A stretch of DNA of 63,972 nucleotides, counting the filler, from Octopus bimaculoides (taxonomy: Eukaryota), in NCBI RefSeq assembly GCF_001194135.2. It is 5 parts of 5 records of this genome, joined end to end, with 100 filler letters (N's around TTAATTAATTAA, not from the genome) between each part and the next. Parts side by side here need not be neighbours in the genome. Positions count along the whole stretch, not along the records: positions 42,006 to 62,024 come from NC_068993.1; positions 62,125 to 63,972 come from NW_026419151.1; 3 more parts are not named here. The stretch is one strand, 5' to 3'. Position numbers and translations under genes: made by a program. Below the pieces are notes generated by a model, which worked only from the letters and a program-made list of their open reading frames with translations, was not told the DNA's origin and did not search any database. Shown one piece after another: positions 52,553-63,972 of this stretch. The first letter of the stretch is position 1. The number at the start of each line of letters is the position of its first letter.

Positions 52553-54647
52553 GAGCAATAATTAACAATGAGAAGTGGATCATTGGTGTTAGAAAGTCAT
52601 TATTTAATTGTAGTTCGGAATCATTTACAGTTGTTTTGGTTTATCAAATCGGAGTAAATTTACATTTATGTTGTTACATTTGACAAACATCTTCAGAATG
52701 GTTTTAGAGGGAAGAGAAAGGAAATGAAATAGAAAAAGGGGAAAAAGAGAATGGAAAAAGTTCGTCAAGTCTTAGGCTTATATTTTAGTGACTTATTGGG
52801 TGCCACGTGTTTGTAGTTTGCTTCATTGGATGCATGCGGCAGTAAGTGGAGACAATGACTACTTGACCGGCGGTGTTGGCCGAATGAGTTATAACTATTG
52901 GGGATATCCGGTGTTGCTATTAGTAATATATAATGCAGTTTGTGACTTCTAAGGTTAGTCCCTATGATTACAAAGGAAGCCCTTGTTAAAAACTAAGCAT
53001 GCTATTTAAAGTTTGTACGACATAGTTTATACGTGTGGACTATGTAAAGGAATAATAAAAAGAGTTGAAGAGTATATAGAGATCATTAAATCAATAGAAA
53101 TTATAACGTGTAATGTGATCCGGTAATCTAGCTTTAAAGTGAATATATTATATAGGATCAATGCCCTAGTATACTACCTAGATTTTATGATAGTTCGGTT
53201 AATCGTGGTATTTAATTTAAACTGTGAAGTTATGTTCTGTGGTAAGTGGGATGGTTAGGGGAGGTAATAAGGTATTAGGTAGATCCGCTAATAATATGTA
53301 ATGTAGGGATTAGCAATATTTAGAAAATAAGTAGTGTATAGTGATATTTAGAGAATACAATTTTATCCTTATGCAAACATGTTCTATTTTTCTAGTCTCG
53401 TTTATTAAGTAATTCTGATTTGGCCATTATAATGAAGAATTTCTCATTTATACATAAACTACATGGATTACTATTAAGGTTATATGAAGAAGACTTGGTT
53501 AGGATACGCCATTCTAATCTATAACTAATATGATTGTCTTTCATTTTCTAGATGTAACTACTTTTGTCCGGTAGAGTTCATTTTACTTCTATTTCTGGAA
53601 CTTGAGCGATGGGAATTATATCTAAGTTTCATTTCATTTTTAGTTGCTCCAATATAAGTTTTCTTGTAATTATTTGAGAGTACATCACATTGCTAGATTA
53701 CGTTTTTAGTTTTACATTTGTTTAAACATTCTCAAGTATCCTTATTTCTGCAGCCACATAAATTATTAAGCTCATCTGTGCTTATGATATGGTGAGAGGG
53801 GTTATTATTCATAAGGTAGTTGTTCACATTATTTGAGGGTGAGTTATAAGTGGGGCGCATTATTATATACCTCGATTGGTTGCTGTGCTTTATATTGCTA
53901 TTCTTCCTAGTTTCATAGAAGGCATCTAGCTTTTTATTGTTGATAGAGGCTATAATAGTAGCTAGGTTGCTAGTTAGGCTACGGCATACTCTAATTTTAT
54001 TGCTTAAGATTTCTGAATATTCAGTATTCATATTAAGGTGCTTATTTATAAGTCTCATTATTTATTTAACTATGTTGGTTTTAAGCTGCATCGCGAAGCG
54101 AGATGTAACCCTTATTCCGTTTGTTATTTTTACTATCATTGGTTTTGGTGTAGAAACTGCCCTCAGTATTATTATAGGTCGTAAAGTTAAGGTTATAATT
54201 ATTATTATTCTTTCTATTGTTATTTTTTATTACTATTACTATCAATTTTATTGGGGTTGTTTCTGTACGATTTATTTATTTTATGTCTTGCTATTTTCGT
54301 TAATTTTGAAATCACTTATTTTAGATAGACATCTTTATGTGGTGTTGGTATATCCTTTAATGATGCTTCTGTTGTTATTTGCTCCATTTTACCAGTAGAT
54401 GCTTAAGTTACGTATGGCTAATTCAACTTAGCAACAAATATATATGTTAAGCAAGATATAAGTTGGAGGTTATGCAACCATCTAAAGCATAGATGTATCC
54501 GTAGGCACTCCTAGTGTATTACCTCGCTATGTATAGTCCTAGCTATAAAGTATATGGTAGTGGGTAATTTAAAAGTAAAACCGTGGTTTGATATATCTAG
54601 TAAAGAAAAGAAATGTAGCAATAATTAACATTGGTGTTAAAAAAGTC

Positions 54648-54652
<5 letters not shown>
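52553..54652 (-). mobile_element. Degraded Penelope-like element with C-terminal GIY-YIG (CxC-x5-C-x5-C linker; Hydra-like by recollection)
   Basis: LKTNIVK*IMRLINKH, CGCRNKDT*ECLNKCKTKNVI*, KTYIGATKNEMKLRYNSH, YRLEWRIL..YN..NPCSLCINEKFFII..LLNKRD..CLHKDK; RT motif-B-like GVPTDTSM near 54510. Confidence 0.8.
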
Positions 54653-54687
<35 letters not shown>

Positions 54688-54798
54688 TTCACCCACATGT
54701 ACACCCGAATTTCATCTGACATTTAAAAATATTTTGCCATATATGTATGTGTGCTCGCGCGCGTGTGACCGGACTTAAGTTAGTTAAAATTTGTTTGC

Positions 54799-55200
54799 GA
54801 CATATTTCAACTTCTAAAGGCAAAATCACTGGAGTTACCCCGTAGAAAAGTTCTCATTTATGATAAAATGGTGTAAAAATACCATATCTGTCCAGTGGTG
54901 ACCCTTGTTGGACTCATGGATGCGTTTCTGGCTCTTTAACCGTTCGTAATGCGAAATAACGAAGTGAGTCAACTCTGGACAGACTAAATTAAAGCCGTAG
55001 CTTTTACTAACACCATTAAATCGTCAGGTCATAAAAATTACAGCAGTATTAGAGTCAACCACTGTTTAAACATAAGCAAACTTTGGGTTACTCAAAATGT
55101 CTTTGACATATTTTAACTTCTAAAGGCAAATTTACTGCAGTTACCGTGGATTTAAAAATTCTTTCCGGTGGATGGTAAAATGCTGTAAAAACATTTTACC
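54799..55200 (+). repeat. Two diverged direct repeats of about 85-95 bp, about 306 bp apart, each ending in a hairpin
   Basis: gacatattt[ct]aacttctaaaggcaaa..act g[gc]agttacc at 54799 and 55105; perfect ggtaaaatg/cattttacc stem at 55174-55200. Confidence 0.75.
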
Positions 55201-55430
55201 GTCTCATTTCTCTCTTTGCTTTTTTCGTTGTTCGAAAAAAGTTCGTTTTCTGTTTTTGTTTTTTATGTTCTCGTTTCTCATTCTGTCGAGTTTTTTTTTC
55301 TTTTTGATGTCCTGTACCTTTATATGCATGCATATATACATATATATGTAGGTATGTACACATATGTATGTATATATGCTTATATTTATATATTATTTAT
55401 ATTATTTTATATATATATATATATATATAG

Positions 55431-56890
55431 TTGAAATTTACAGGCAGACAAAAGACGAAGACAGGGCTATGAGTAACAAGCGGGTGTAATAGTTTGACAC
55501 CGGGAAGGTGAGAAAGTATTTTGCGTTTCGACCCAACGCTCTTCAGCAGAAGCGTATAAGAGAAAATAAACAGTGGTAGAATAAGAAAAATGTGGATTAG
55601 CGGTCAAACATGTTGACTGGTTGGAAAAAAAAGTTTGACAGAAGAGGTAGAAAGGAGGCGGGGTATCAATGGAGAGAGAAGGTGGGTAGGAGTGAAGAGA
55701 AGAAGTATCAGAGGAAGAGAGGAGGGGAGAGGTGGGTAGGAGTGAAGTGAGGAAGTAGGTATCAGGTAAAGAGAAGAGAGAAACGGAGTCAGTTGAAAAG
55801 AGGAGGGGAATTGAGCCCATCTGGCGCAAAAGAGCGAAGAGAGAAGATGAATTCTTTTTTACGGCGAAGGTGGGATTCCGGATGGCCCCTGTGCAAAGAC
55901 AATCCGAACACAGGCGCGAGATCAGGGTGTTATTGTCGAGTCTGATGTCTTGGAGGTGCTTCGTGAAACTGTCACCAAAGTGGCGTCCCGTTTGATCGAT
56001 GTACAGAGAAAGGCAGAAAGAACAGGAGGTGCAGTAAATGACGTTACTAGAAATAGAGGCAAATGAGTCTGTTGTATGATAGAGACGATGATGGTGGTGT
56101 TGGAGAGGTAGGGGTAAGTGCAGGAGTAGGGGAACGAGCCAGGTTGGGAGGTAAGGTTAAGGAAGAAACTGTGAATCAGGAGGTCATGTAGGATGTTGGC
56201 CCGTTTGAAGGAGGGAAGGGGGTGGTTGGGGAAGATGTGTAAGTTGGGAGACTCGTGCCAGACACGCTGTAAGCCTCTTAGAATTTTGCGTTGGGGGGAC
56301 AAGGTAGAGTGGTGGTAGGTGAGGGAAAACGGGAGACGGGCTACGGCGGAGTTGGTACTGGGAATGAGAGCAGAGGCACAGACTATGAACGTGCTTTGGC
56401 AAGGGCCGTGGGGATAGTAGGGAGGGCATATCCACGAAGAATGAAGTGGCGAACCATGAGTTGAGACTGCGGTTCAAAGTTATGTTTGTCACTGCAGAGC
56501 CTGCGCAGACGGAGGAATTGGGATTAGGTGATGTGATGGAGAGCTTGGTGTGGATAGAGTGGGAGGAGGAGACGTTAAGGCTGGAGTATGAGCTGGTGTG
56601 TCTGTAGTGGATGGAGGTAGTGAGAGTGGAGTGGAGTGGTGTATGTTGACAGAAATGTCGAGAAATGCGACGGAGTGTTGAAAATAGTGCAGGAGAATTC
56701 GAGGGCAGAATGAAAGGATTGACAAAAGAGAGGAAGGGGTCAAGTTGTTTGCAGGAGAGTGAGGTCGCAACGACACAGACATCAATATAACGACCGTATA
56801 TTTCGGGAGCGGGACCAGTGAATCGTGAGAATATTTGGGCCTCAATGTAGCCAACGAACAGGTTCGCACAGTTCGGGCCCATTCTCGTTA
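55431..56890 (-). mobile_element. 5'-truncated, frameshifted Neptune-type Penelope-like element (RT + GIY-YIG + 3' UTR)
   Basis: RMGPNCANLFVGYIEAQIF, YGRYIDV, FLDISV, LPSFKRANILHDLLIHS, QPGSFP, degraded EN (YIDQTGRHFGD); both ends abut (AT)n. Confidence 0.9.
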
Positions 56891-57860
56891 TATATATATA
56901 TGCCTCAATATATGGATTCAAGTAATCTGATACTAATTTTTTTTCACTTGAAGTTTTTATTATTATTTATTTTGCATTAGTAATTTATTTATTATTGGAT
57001 ATAATAATATGAATTATTTGAATGCTTTTACGTTACGAAAGAATTTGTCGTTAAGTTCGAATTTTCTTATTGTTAAATAAAATCTCATGAAACCATTTCT
57101 CTGTCATATATATATATATATATANNNNNNNNNNNNNNNNNNNNNNNNNNNNNNNNNNNNNNNNNNNNNNNNNNNNNNNNNNNNNNNNNNNNNNNNNNNN
57201 NNNNNNNNNNNNNNNNNNNNNNNNNNNNNNNNNNNNNNNNNNNNNNNNNNNNNNNNNNNNNNNNNNNNNNNNNNNNNNNNNNNNNNNNNNNNNTAAGCAA
57301 CAAAAATTCAATAGGTTATAGCAGTACGTACGTTTCGTACAAGCTCCATTTATTCATGTAGTGAGAACACTACAGAAAATACAATGAAAATGTACTCCTC
57401 AGCTGCATAATGGAATTTCATTTTAGAAATCATTTTGAAGATGTTTGCAAAAAACAAGAGTAAGAGAAGAAAACACATCTCGACTATGCTGCTGTTTCAC
57501 AGACAAGTTAATCAAACAAGAATTTAAAATCCAATTGGAGGGATAGTAGTAATTTCAAATTTAGAGGAAGGCAGGTTAAGTAGAGGTGGACAGAAGATTA
57601 GGAGTAAATCAAGCATGAGAGAAAGAAAAAAAAAAGGAAATGGAAGGGCAATACCCTAAGGAGATGCGTTCTATGTAACTGATCTATGTTTGAATAATAC
57701 AATAAAGGTATTGCTCTAATTCTAAATGATATTCACATCAACCTCTTTTTTTTTCTTTTTTTACAATTCGTCATTTTAAATATTTGCTATGTGGTACACA
57801 TCACCCTTAAACGCATTTCTAAATTGTTGATATAACAAACGTTGTATCTCTATCTGTTGA

Positions 57861-58026
57861 TGTTTCTCTGTCTGTCTGTTTCTCTGTCTGTCTGTTTCTC
57901 TGTCTGTCTGTTTCTCTGTCTGTCTGTTTCTCTGTCTGTCTGTTTCTCTGTCTGTCTGTTTCTCTGTCTGTCTGTTTCTCTGTCTGTCTGTTTCTCTGTC
58001 TGTCTGTTTCTCTGTCTGTCTGTTTC
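57861..58026. repeat. 16-bp minisatellite (TGTTTCTCTGTCTGTC) x about 10
   Basis: Directly visible. Confidence 0.95.
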
Positions 58027-58599
58027 TTTGTGTGTATGTGTGTACAGTGTTCTTGTTTTCTTTGCTTTCTAATGCCAGGCATACAACAGAACTACCTTAA
58101 TACACCCGTTTTTAAATCTGCCAAACAACAATTGTGGAAAGCTTTGATTTCATAATTTTTTTAGCATGTCAATGACATACCGGCTAAGTAAGGAGTCTCA
58201 AAATTGAGCTAGAAATCCAGAATAAAAACTTGTTTAATCAATTTTTTTTCTTCTTCAGAAAACAGTGATTCATTTATAATTTACGAGATGTGTGTCAAGG
58301 ATACACAAATATTTTTATGTTACAATCAATATGCTTTGAATTTCAAAATGCACTGAAAATGCTGGAGTAATCAACAGCCTAAGAACTCTAAAAGGGTGTT
58401 CGGACAAAATTTGATGATTTTCTCAGGTGAGCAGTCAAGTGTATAGGTGAAGTGTCAATGGCGTTGAAGAGTATAAACATTAATGTTGTAGTTGAAATAA
58501 GGTTTGCTGACATGGAAGTCATCTAAATATTGGAAAAGCGTTACCTGTATCATGATGATTTAAGCAAGGTGTCAAAATGCTGACATTTTGACTTTATCC

Positions 58600-59030
58600 A
58601 CATACTGGAATTCACTACCACATTTGTGAACAGGGCCTTAGGTTCAATTCAAACTGTTAGATGAAGCTGCTGGAGACTGTGACCAAAACCTGTATAGAGA
58701 GAGTTGATGCTGAAAGGCCATGTGTGTAGTAGCAGGATTCGTTTATTTTCCATACCTGTGCAGATAATCAGAAGTGGCTGTTGGGGAATACCTACTTCAC
58801 TAGCCCCAACTTCACTAGCCCCAACTTCACTAGCCCCAACTTTTGGCCTCCTAATTCTCCTGATTATAATATTATAAATTACTATGTGTTGATCGCGGTT
58901 GAGAATGACACCAACCACTCTGTTTGCAACATCAAAGAGAAACTGGTGACTAAAATCAAGGAAGTGTCGAGCATCTTTACGTGAGAGGTGAGGTTGGTGA
59001 CTTGAATAAACTGTTATCTATCAGCTTTAA
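58600..59030 (+). pseudogene. maT/Tc1-like transposase catalytic-domain remnant
   Basis: HICEQGLRFNS, MKLLETVTKTCIERVDAERPCV**QDS..HT...QKWL, NFWPPNSPDYN..NYYV...KEKLVTKIKEV; parallels the copy at 61245-62024. Confidence 0.7.
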
Positions 59031-60065
59031 TCCAGTTCATATTCATTGATTATTTTTTGAAACTTTTATTTTTGGACGGAGTATTATATTTTTTTCCTTT
59101 TATGCAAATTTAGCCTGAAACTGTAAGACAGATTATTAGGGTGACTTGAATAATATCTAATACGATGCGATGTACTTTACAAAATCTACGGAGCTCTGAA
59201 ACTTACCAGAAGTATTAAATGACATCAAAAATAATTTGTTTAACAGCAAGCGTTATTAAGTTTTAAGATAAACTCAGTTGTACTTTTAGAATATATGTAT
59301 ATTGCGAGGTGTATAAAATGATGATGGAGAAAATACAGAAATATATCAGAAGATTATGAAAGTAATATTCTCAAGCATTAACAGGTATTATGAAATGTTG
59401 TGAGATTATCATTGAGATATGTACATATCTAGAATTAGAGCCGTTATAAAGTCAAGTAGGGTAATGTTACAGGTGACGATGTTTTAAAAGCTGCACAAAT
59501 TTTATGAGGACGCAACAAATACATGGCAAGTCGTCACAAATATTTTATAATCACGGCACATAAAAGATGAAATTATTATACAGCAATTTCCAATAAAAAC
59601 GAGCTAAGTTACAAATATAAATATACGGAGAAAACAAGTATCTTTTAAGGAGGACAATAGAAAGTATTATTTACTCGGTAGTGCATCAAGGTGTTGCAAG
59701 CATATCATAAAGATGTTTTAAGTAGTGCTTATAATGTTAAGAAGCGAAAAAGGCACCACTGTTAAACTGGCTCTAGACATCTTAAAAGATACGATGGTGC
59801 AGTTAAAAGAATATCATATAATACAGCAAATGTGTACGAAGCAAGCAAACAACAAAAAAAAGTATCACTGTTTCAGACTAGGGAAGAGAAAGACAAACGC
59901 TACTGATCTCTTTCTTACAGGTAACTTTAATTATATATTGTGACTTGAAATATATTTTACGACATACATAACTTTAATTGATATGCCTTTGTATCGTTCA
60001 CACACAAGCACACACACACGCACATGCAAGTACACACATACTCATATTCATGCATATGTGTATGC

Positions 60066-60126
<61 letters not shown>

Positions 60127-61244
60127 TGTGTGTGTATGTATAGATAGATAGATGTTGATTGATGGATGCGCATGTATACTTCAGTATAAGTATATGTGTG
60201 TGTGTGTTTAATATAATAAAATATCTACACACAGTATAATGCATACATACATATGTGCACATATAAACACATGTGTAAGCATGAAATATATTTATTACAT
60301 AAAAGTCGACGCCTTTCATCGATCACGAGTCTCGTGATAAGCCGAAGGCGAAGCTTATGTTCTGTCGTTTTTTTTTAATATAAAAAGTCTCTGACCAGTA
60401 TACACAACGTAAAGCATTCTGCGTTACATAATATCAACATTATACACATTATACACATGCTTACACACACGATTAAAGATATGCACACACATTCATGCAT
60501 ATTTAAAAATAAGGGTATATATAATTTTGTTTGTATGTATGTGTGCGTGTGTGTGCATGTGTGTGCACGTATGTATGTGCGCGTTTGGTACACACACATA
60601 CATACACAAAAGATTGACAGAAGTGTTGATTTATTTAAGTCTACATGACTGAGCGTTAGGGCAAAATGGAACGATAGAAGTATCGTCGTTAATAACGAGT
60701 GGTGGGGTTCATTTTTTCGACTAAACCCTTAAAAGTGCTTTCCCAGCACTGCCATAGGAGAATGATTAAGAGAAGAAAAAGAGAGATATATGTATGTGTG
60801 TATATATATATATGTATGTGTATGTAAGTAGATATGTATATATATATATATANNNNNNNNNNNNNNNNNNNNNNNNNNNNNNNNNNNNNNNNNNNNNNNN
60901 NNNNNNNNNNNNNNNNNNNNNNNNNNNNNNNNNNNNNNNNNNNNNNNNNNNNNNNNNNNNNNNNNNNNNNNNNNNNNNNNNNNNNNNNNNNNNNNNNNNN
61001 NNNNNNNNNNNNNNNNNNNNNNNNNNNNNNNNNNNNNNNNNNNNNNNNNNNNNNNNNNNNNNNNNNNNNNNNNNNNNNNNNNNNNNNNNNNNNNNNNNNN
61101 NNNNNNNNNNNNNNNNNNNGTGTGTACGGTGTGCCTCTGGGTATACAGCGTGCCTATGGGTAAATTGTGGCGATTTTATATTTCTAATTTCGCGCATGTG
61201 CATTGCTTGTTTTTGATTTTGTCGACTACACAGTATAGTAGGGT

Positions 61245-62024
61245 CAGTTGAACACAGTCTGCGAGAAATACAGCACCATGACGCAATTCACTCTGCAAGA
61301 AATTTGGAAACGACATGCAGTAATGCTTGGCATTCGCGTCGGAAGCTCCAATAAGAGTGTCTCAGAGTGTTTCGGTGTCAATCTGGGGACAATGCAATCT
61401 GAGGACATGTATCGAGAGTGATAAAAATCAAACATCCAGTCAACATCATGGTGTTTGGAGTAATCACTAGTGATGGCGATTTTATGTTTCCATTCATCTT
61501 CCTACGCAGCCTCACACGCAACATGGAGGCCTACATTAAGTGCCTGGAGGAGGTAGTGCTGCCCTGGATCAAGAGGGTGGCTGTTGGAAGACCTTATATC
61601 TGGCAACAGGACTGTAGACCATGATACACAAGCAGAATAATCCTGCCATGGCTGTGAGAAATTTCTGCGACCACATCAGCCCGAACATCTGGCCACCTAA
61701 CTCCCCAGACTGCAACCTCTTTGATTATTATGTGTAGGGTGCAGTTGGTCGAGAGACCAACAAAACTCCTTGTAACACTAATGATGGACTGCAGACAAGG
61801 ATTATATCAGCATTCACCAACTTAAACAAGGAGACCGTCTAGAAGAGTTGCAGGAGATTCCGCAGTTGTCTGAAGGCCGTGATTGAAACCAATGGCGATT
61901 TTATTGAATAAATTTACTCTTCAGTATATGAAGGCATTTCTATATAATTTTGGTAAATATTGGTATATCTGTTAAAATAAGATATCAGTGTTATTTTCAT
62001 TGTTGAGTAATTTAGACGACAGTT
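61245..62024 (+). mobile_element. Internally deleted maT (DD37D-like)/Tc1-mariner element
   Basis: MTQFTLQEIWKRHAV.., KHPVNIMVFGVITSDGDF..AYIKCLEEVVLPWIKRVAVGRPYIWQQD, NIWPPNSPDCNLFDYYV..AVIETNGDFIE*. Confidence 0.85.
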
Positions 62025-62844
62025 NNNNNNNNNNNNNNNNNNNNNNNNNNNNNNNNNNNNNNNNNNNNTTAATTAATTAANNNNNNNNNNNNNNNNNNNN
62101 NNNNNNNNNNNNNNNNNNNNNNNNAACCAAACAAAGGACACTCTATTCCCACTCTCTCCTTAACTTATACCCCTCTTCCTCCCTCACTTCCTCTCCATTT
62201 TGTCAACCAGCTCCTATCAAGTTTTCCTCCACACCTGCCATCCTACATGCAACCCTTGCTTTGCAACATAGTTTTAAAACCCCCTCCACTGCCCTCCCCT
62301 ATCTCCCCCTCAATCCTCCTCCTCCTCTCTCACCCTTCCACCACACTCACAAATTGATGAGGNNNNNNNNNNNNNNNNNNNNNNNNNNNNNNNNNNNNNN
62401 NNNNNNNNNNNNNNNNNNNNNNNNNNNNNNNNNNNNNNNNNNNNNNNNNNNNNNNNNNNNNNNNNNNNNNNNNNNNNNNNNNNNNNNNNNNNNNNNNNNN
62501 NNNNNNNNNNNNNNNNNNNNNNNNNNNNNNNNNNNNNNNNNNNNNNNNNNNNNNNNNNNNNNNNNNNNNNNNNNNNNNNNNNNNNNNNNNNNNNNNNNNN
62601 NNNNNNNNNNNNNNNNNNNNNNNNNNNNNNNNNNNNNNNNNNNNNNNNNNNNNNNNNNNNNNNNNNNNNNNNNNNNNNNNNNNNNNNNNNNNNNNNNNNN
62701 NNNNNNNNNNNNNNNNNNNNNNNNNNNNNNNNNNNNNNNNNNNNNNNNNNNNNNNNNNNNNNNNNNNNNNNNNNNNNNNNNNNNNNNNNNNNNNNNNNNN
62801 NNNNNNNNNNNNNNNNNNNNNNNNTAGACTAAAAAAAGAAAAAC

Positions 62845-63110
62845 ATGACCATCCCCAAATATAACAATATCTGTTTCAACACACAATTTCACATCAGGAA
62901 TTTTGCAAAACAAATACATAGGAAAGGAATTCCAACCATGTTTCGTGGTTCACTACTTCAACAGCTCCTTTATAGTATCCAGGGGCTAAAGACATCATCA
63001 AGAGGAACCACATCCAGTTTCAGCCCCTACTCCTCCTACCGTTTTCGACATGGCAAACCCCCTCCTTTCAGGTGTCTTCAGCTCTGGTGTTCAGTGCATT
63101 TCTTCTTTCT
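62845..63110 (+). mobile_element. Probable PLE linker-region remnant
   Basis: KYNNICFNTQF, KYIGKEF, PGAKDIIKRNH, RCLQ in shifting frames; same order as the 53760-54100 region. Confidence 0.4.
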
Positions 63111-63499
63111 CCTTTTTTCTTCTTTTATTTTGTTTCTTCGATGCAGTGTCAACAAATGTCAGTGGGCGACTAACCATCCTGCCAAATTTCCTTTTAAAAA
63201 CTCACTGGTAGGCTCCAGCAGCTATCACCAGCTGTCACGTGACACCATCTAAGCTTCGGCTGACCAATGGAAGGGAAAGGCGTGTAGTTTTAGCCTGCAC
63301 CCTTTCTAAACCTGCCTTTCAACAGCGTCGTGTTAGTTTCAGTTTCAGCAGCCAGAGCCGACTAGCTGTTTGGTGGTACAAGCCTTGGAACCAGGAGGAG
63401 GGGGTGCCACAACCGAGATCGCTACCTTGGTTCACCTGTCAATCAGTGATGCTGCTGAAGTGTCAGCCAGCCTCACCTAGCGACACTATCTCCCAGTCA

Positions 63500-63972
63500 G
63501 CATGCTGTGTCTTTCAAGCCATTTCGGGTCTTCTTGTTTCAATCATATATAGATGCTGGCTTTGTTGACTGCCTCCTTATTACTTTTCTCAGCTATGAGT
63601 TTGAAAATGCATTTTCCTTTCAGTGAAGCCCCTAGACCCCACTGCCAGGTGTTAATACTCGACAGTCCACCCCTGTGCTTCACACTCTTCGATTAATCTC
63701 TCATACCTCTTCTCTTTCCATTGCTCTGCTTTAGCGATGTCCTCTTCCCATGGCACTGTCAGCTCTACTAAAATTCCAATTCTCTGTTCTGTGTTCCATA
63801 GGATTAAGTCCGGTCTTTTTGTTGTTTTATGAGTGGAAATATTAACAGTCTTTCCAAATCTGTGGCCAGCTCCCAGTATCCCTTCCATCTTTCATCTATC
63901 TCGTATATTTTATTTGAATGCCTGGCCTTATGTCCTTTTCCCTCCTTCTGGAAGTATATCCTTCCGCACTTT
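63500..63972 (-). mobile_element. 3' end of an RLE-clade non-LTR retrotransposon (HERO/NeSL/R2-like)
   Basis: TTKRPDLILWNTEQRIGILVELTVPWEEDIAKAEQWKEKRYERLIEECEAQGWTVEY*HLAVGSRGF; PD-(D/E)xK-type RLE pattern; continues beyond the window. Confidence 0.85.

Noticed and set aside
57861-58026. CRISPR-like or coding repeat ([12 protein letters not shown])
   Set aside because: A pure 16-bp tandem repeat derived from (CTGT)n, with no spacers, in a eukaryotic context

Overview
Repeat-dominated eukaryotic genomic DNA with many N gaps. The organism is inferred to be a cephalopod, probably Octopus, from the (AT)n/(GT)n/(GATA)n/(GACA)n density and the modular tRNA-derived SINEs; this is not proven. Nearly all long ORFs in the supplied track are artefacts of microsatellites and N runs. 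The recognisable content is mostly decayed mobile DNA: several modular SINE families, at least six Penelope-like (PLE) remnants with GIY-YIG domains, a Neptune-type PLE RT-EN copy, mariner and maT/Tc1 remnants and MITEs, a hAT MITE, RTE-like, CRE-like and HERO/R2-like LINE fragments, and a foldback element with a telomere-like core. No complete protein-coding gene is visible. One minus-strand exon-like segment (40638-40850) ends in a G-alpha helical-domain motif (WQDSGVQECY), and a second clean exon candidate lies at 38115-38246. The strongest non-coding observation is an essentially complete type I hammerhead ribozyme fold at 32973-33038. All protein and family assignments come from hand translation and remembered consensus motifs; no database searches were run.
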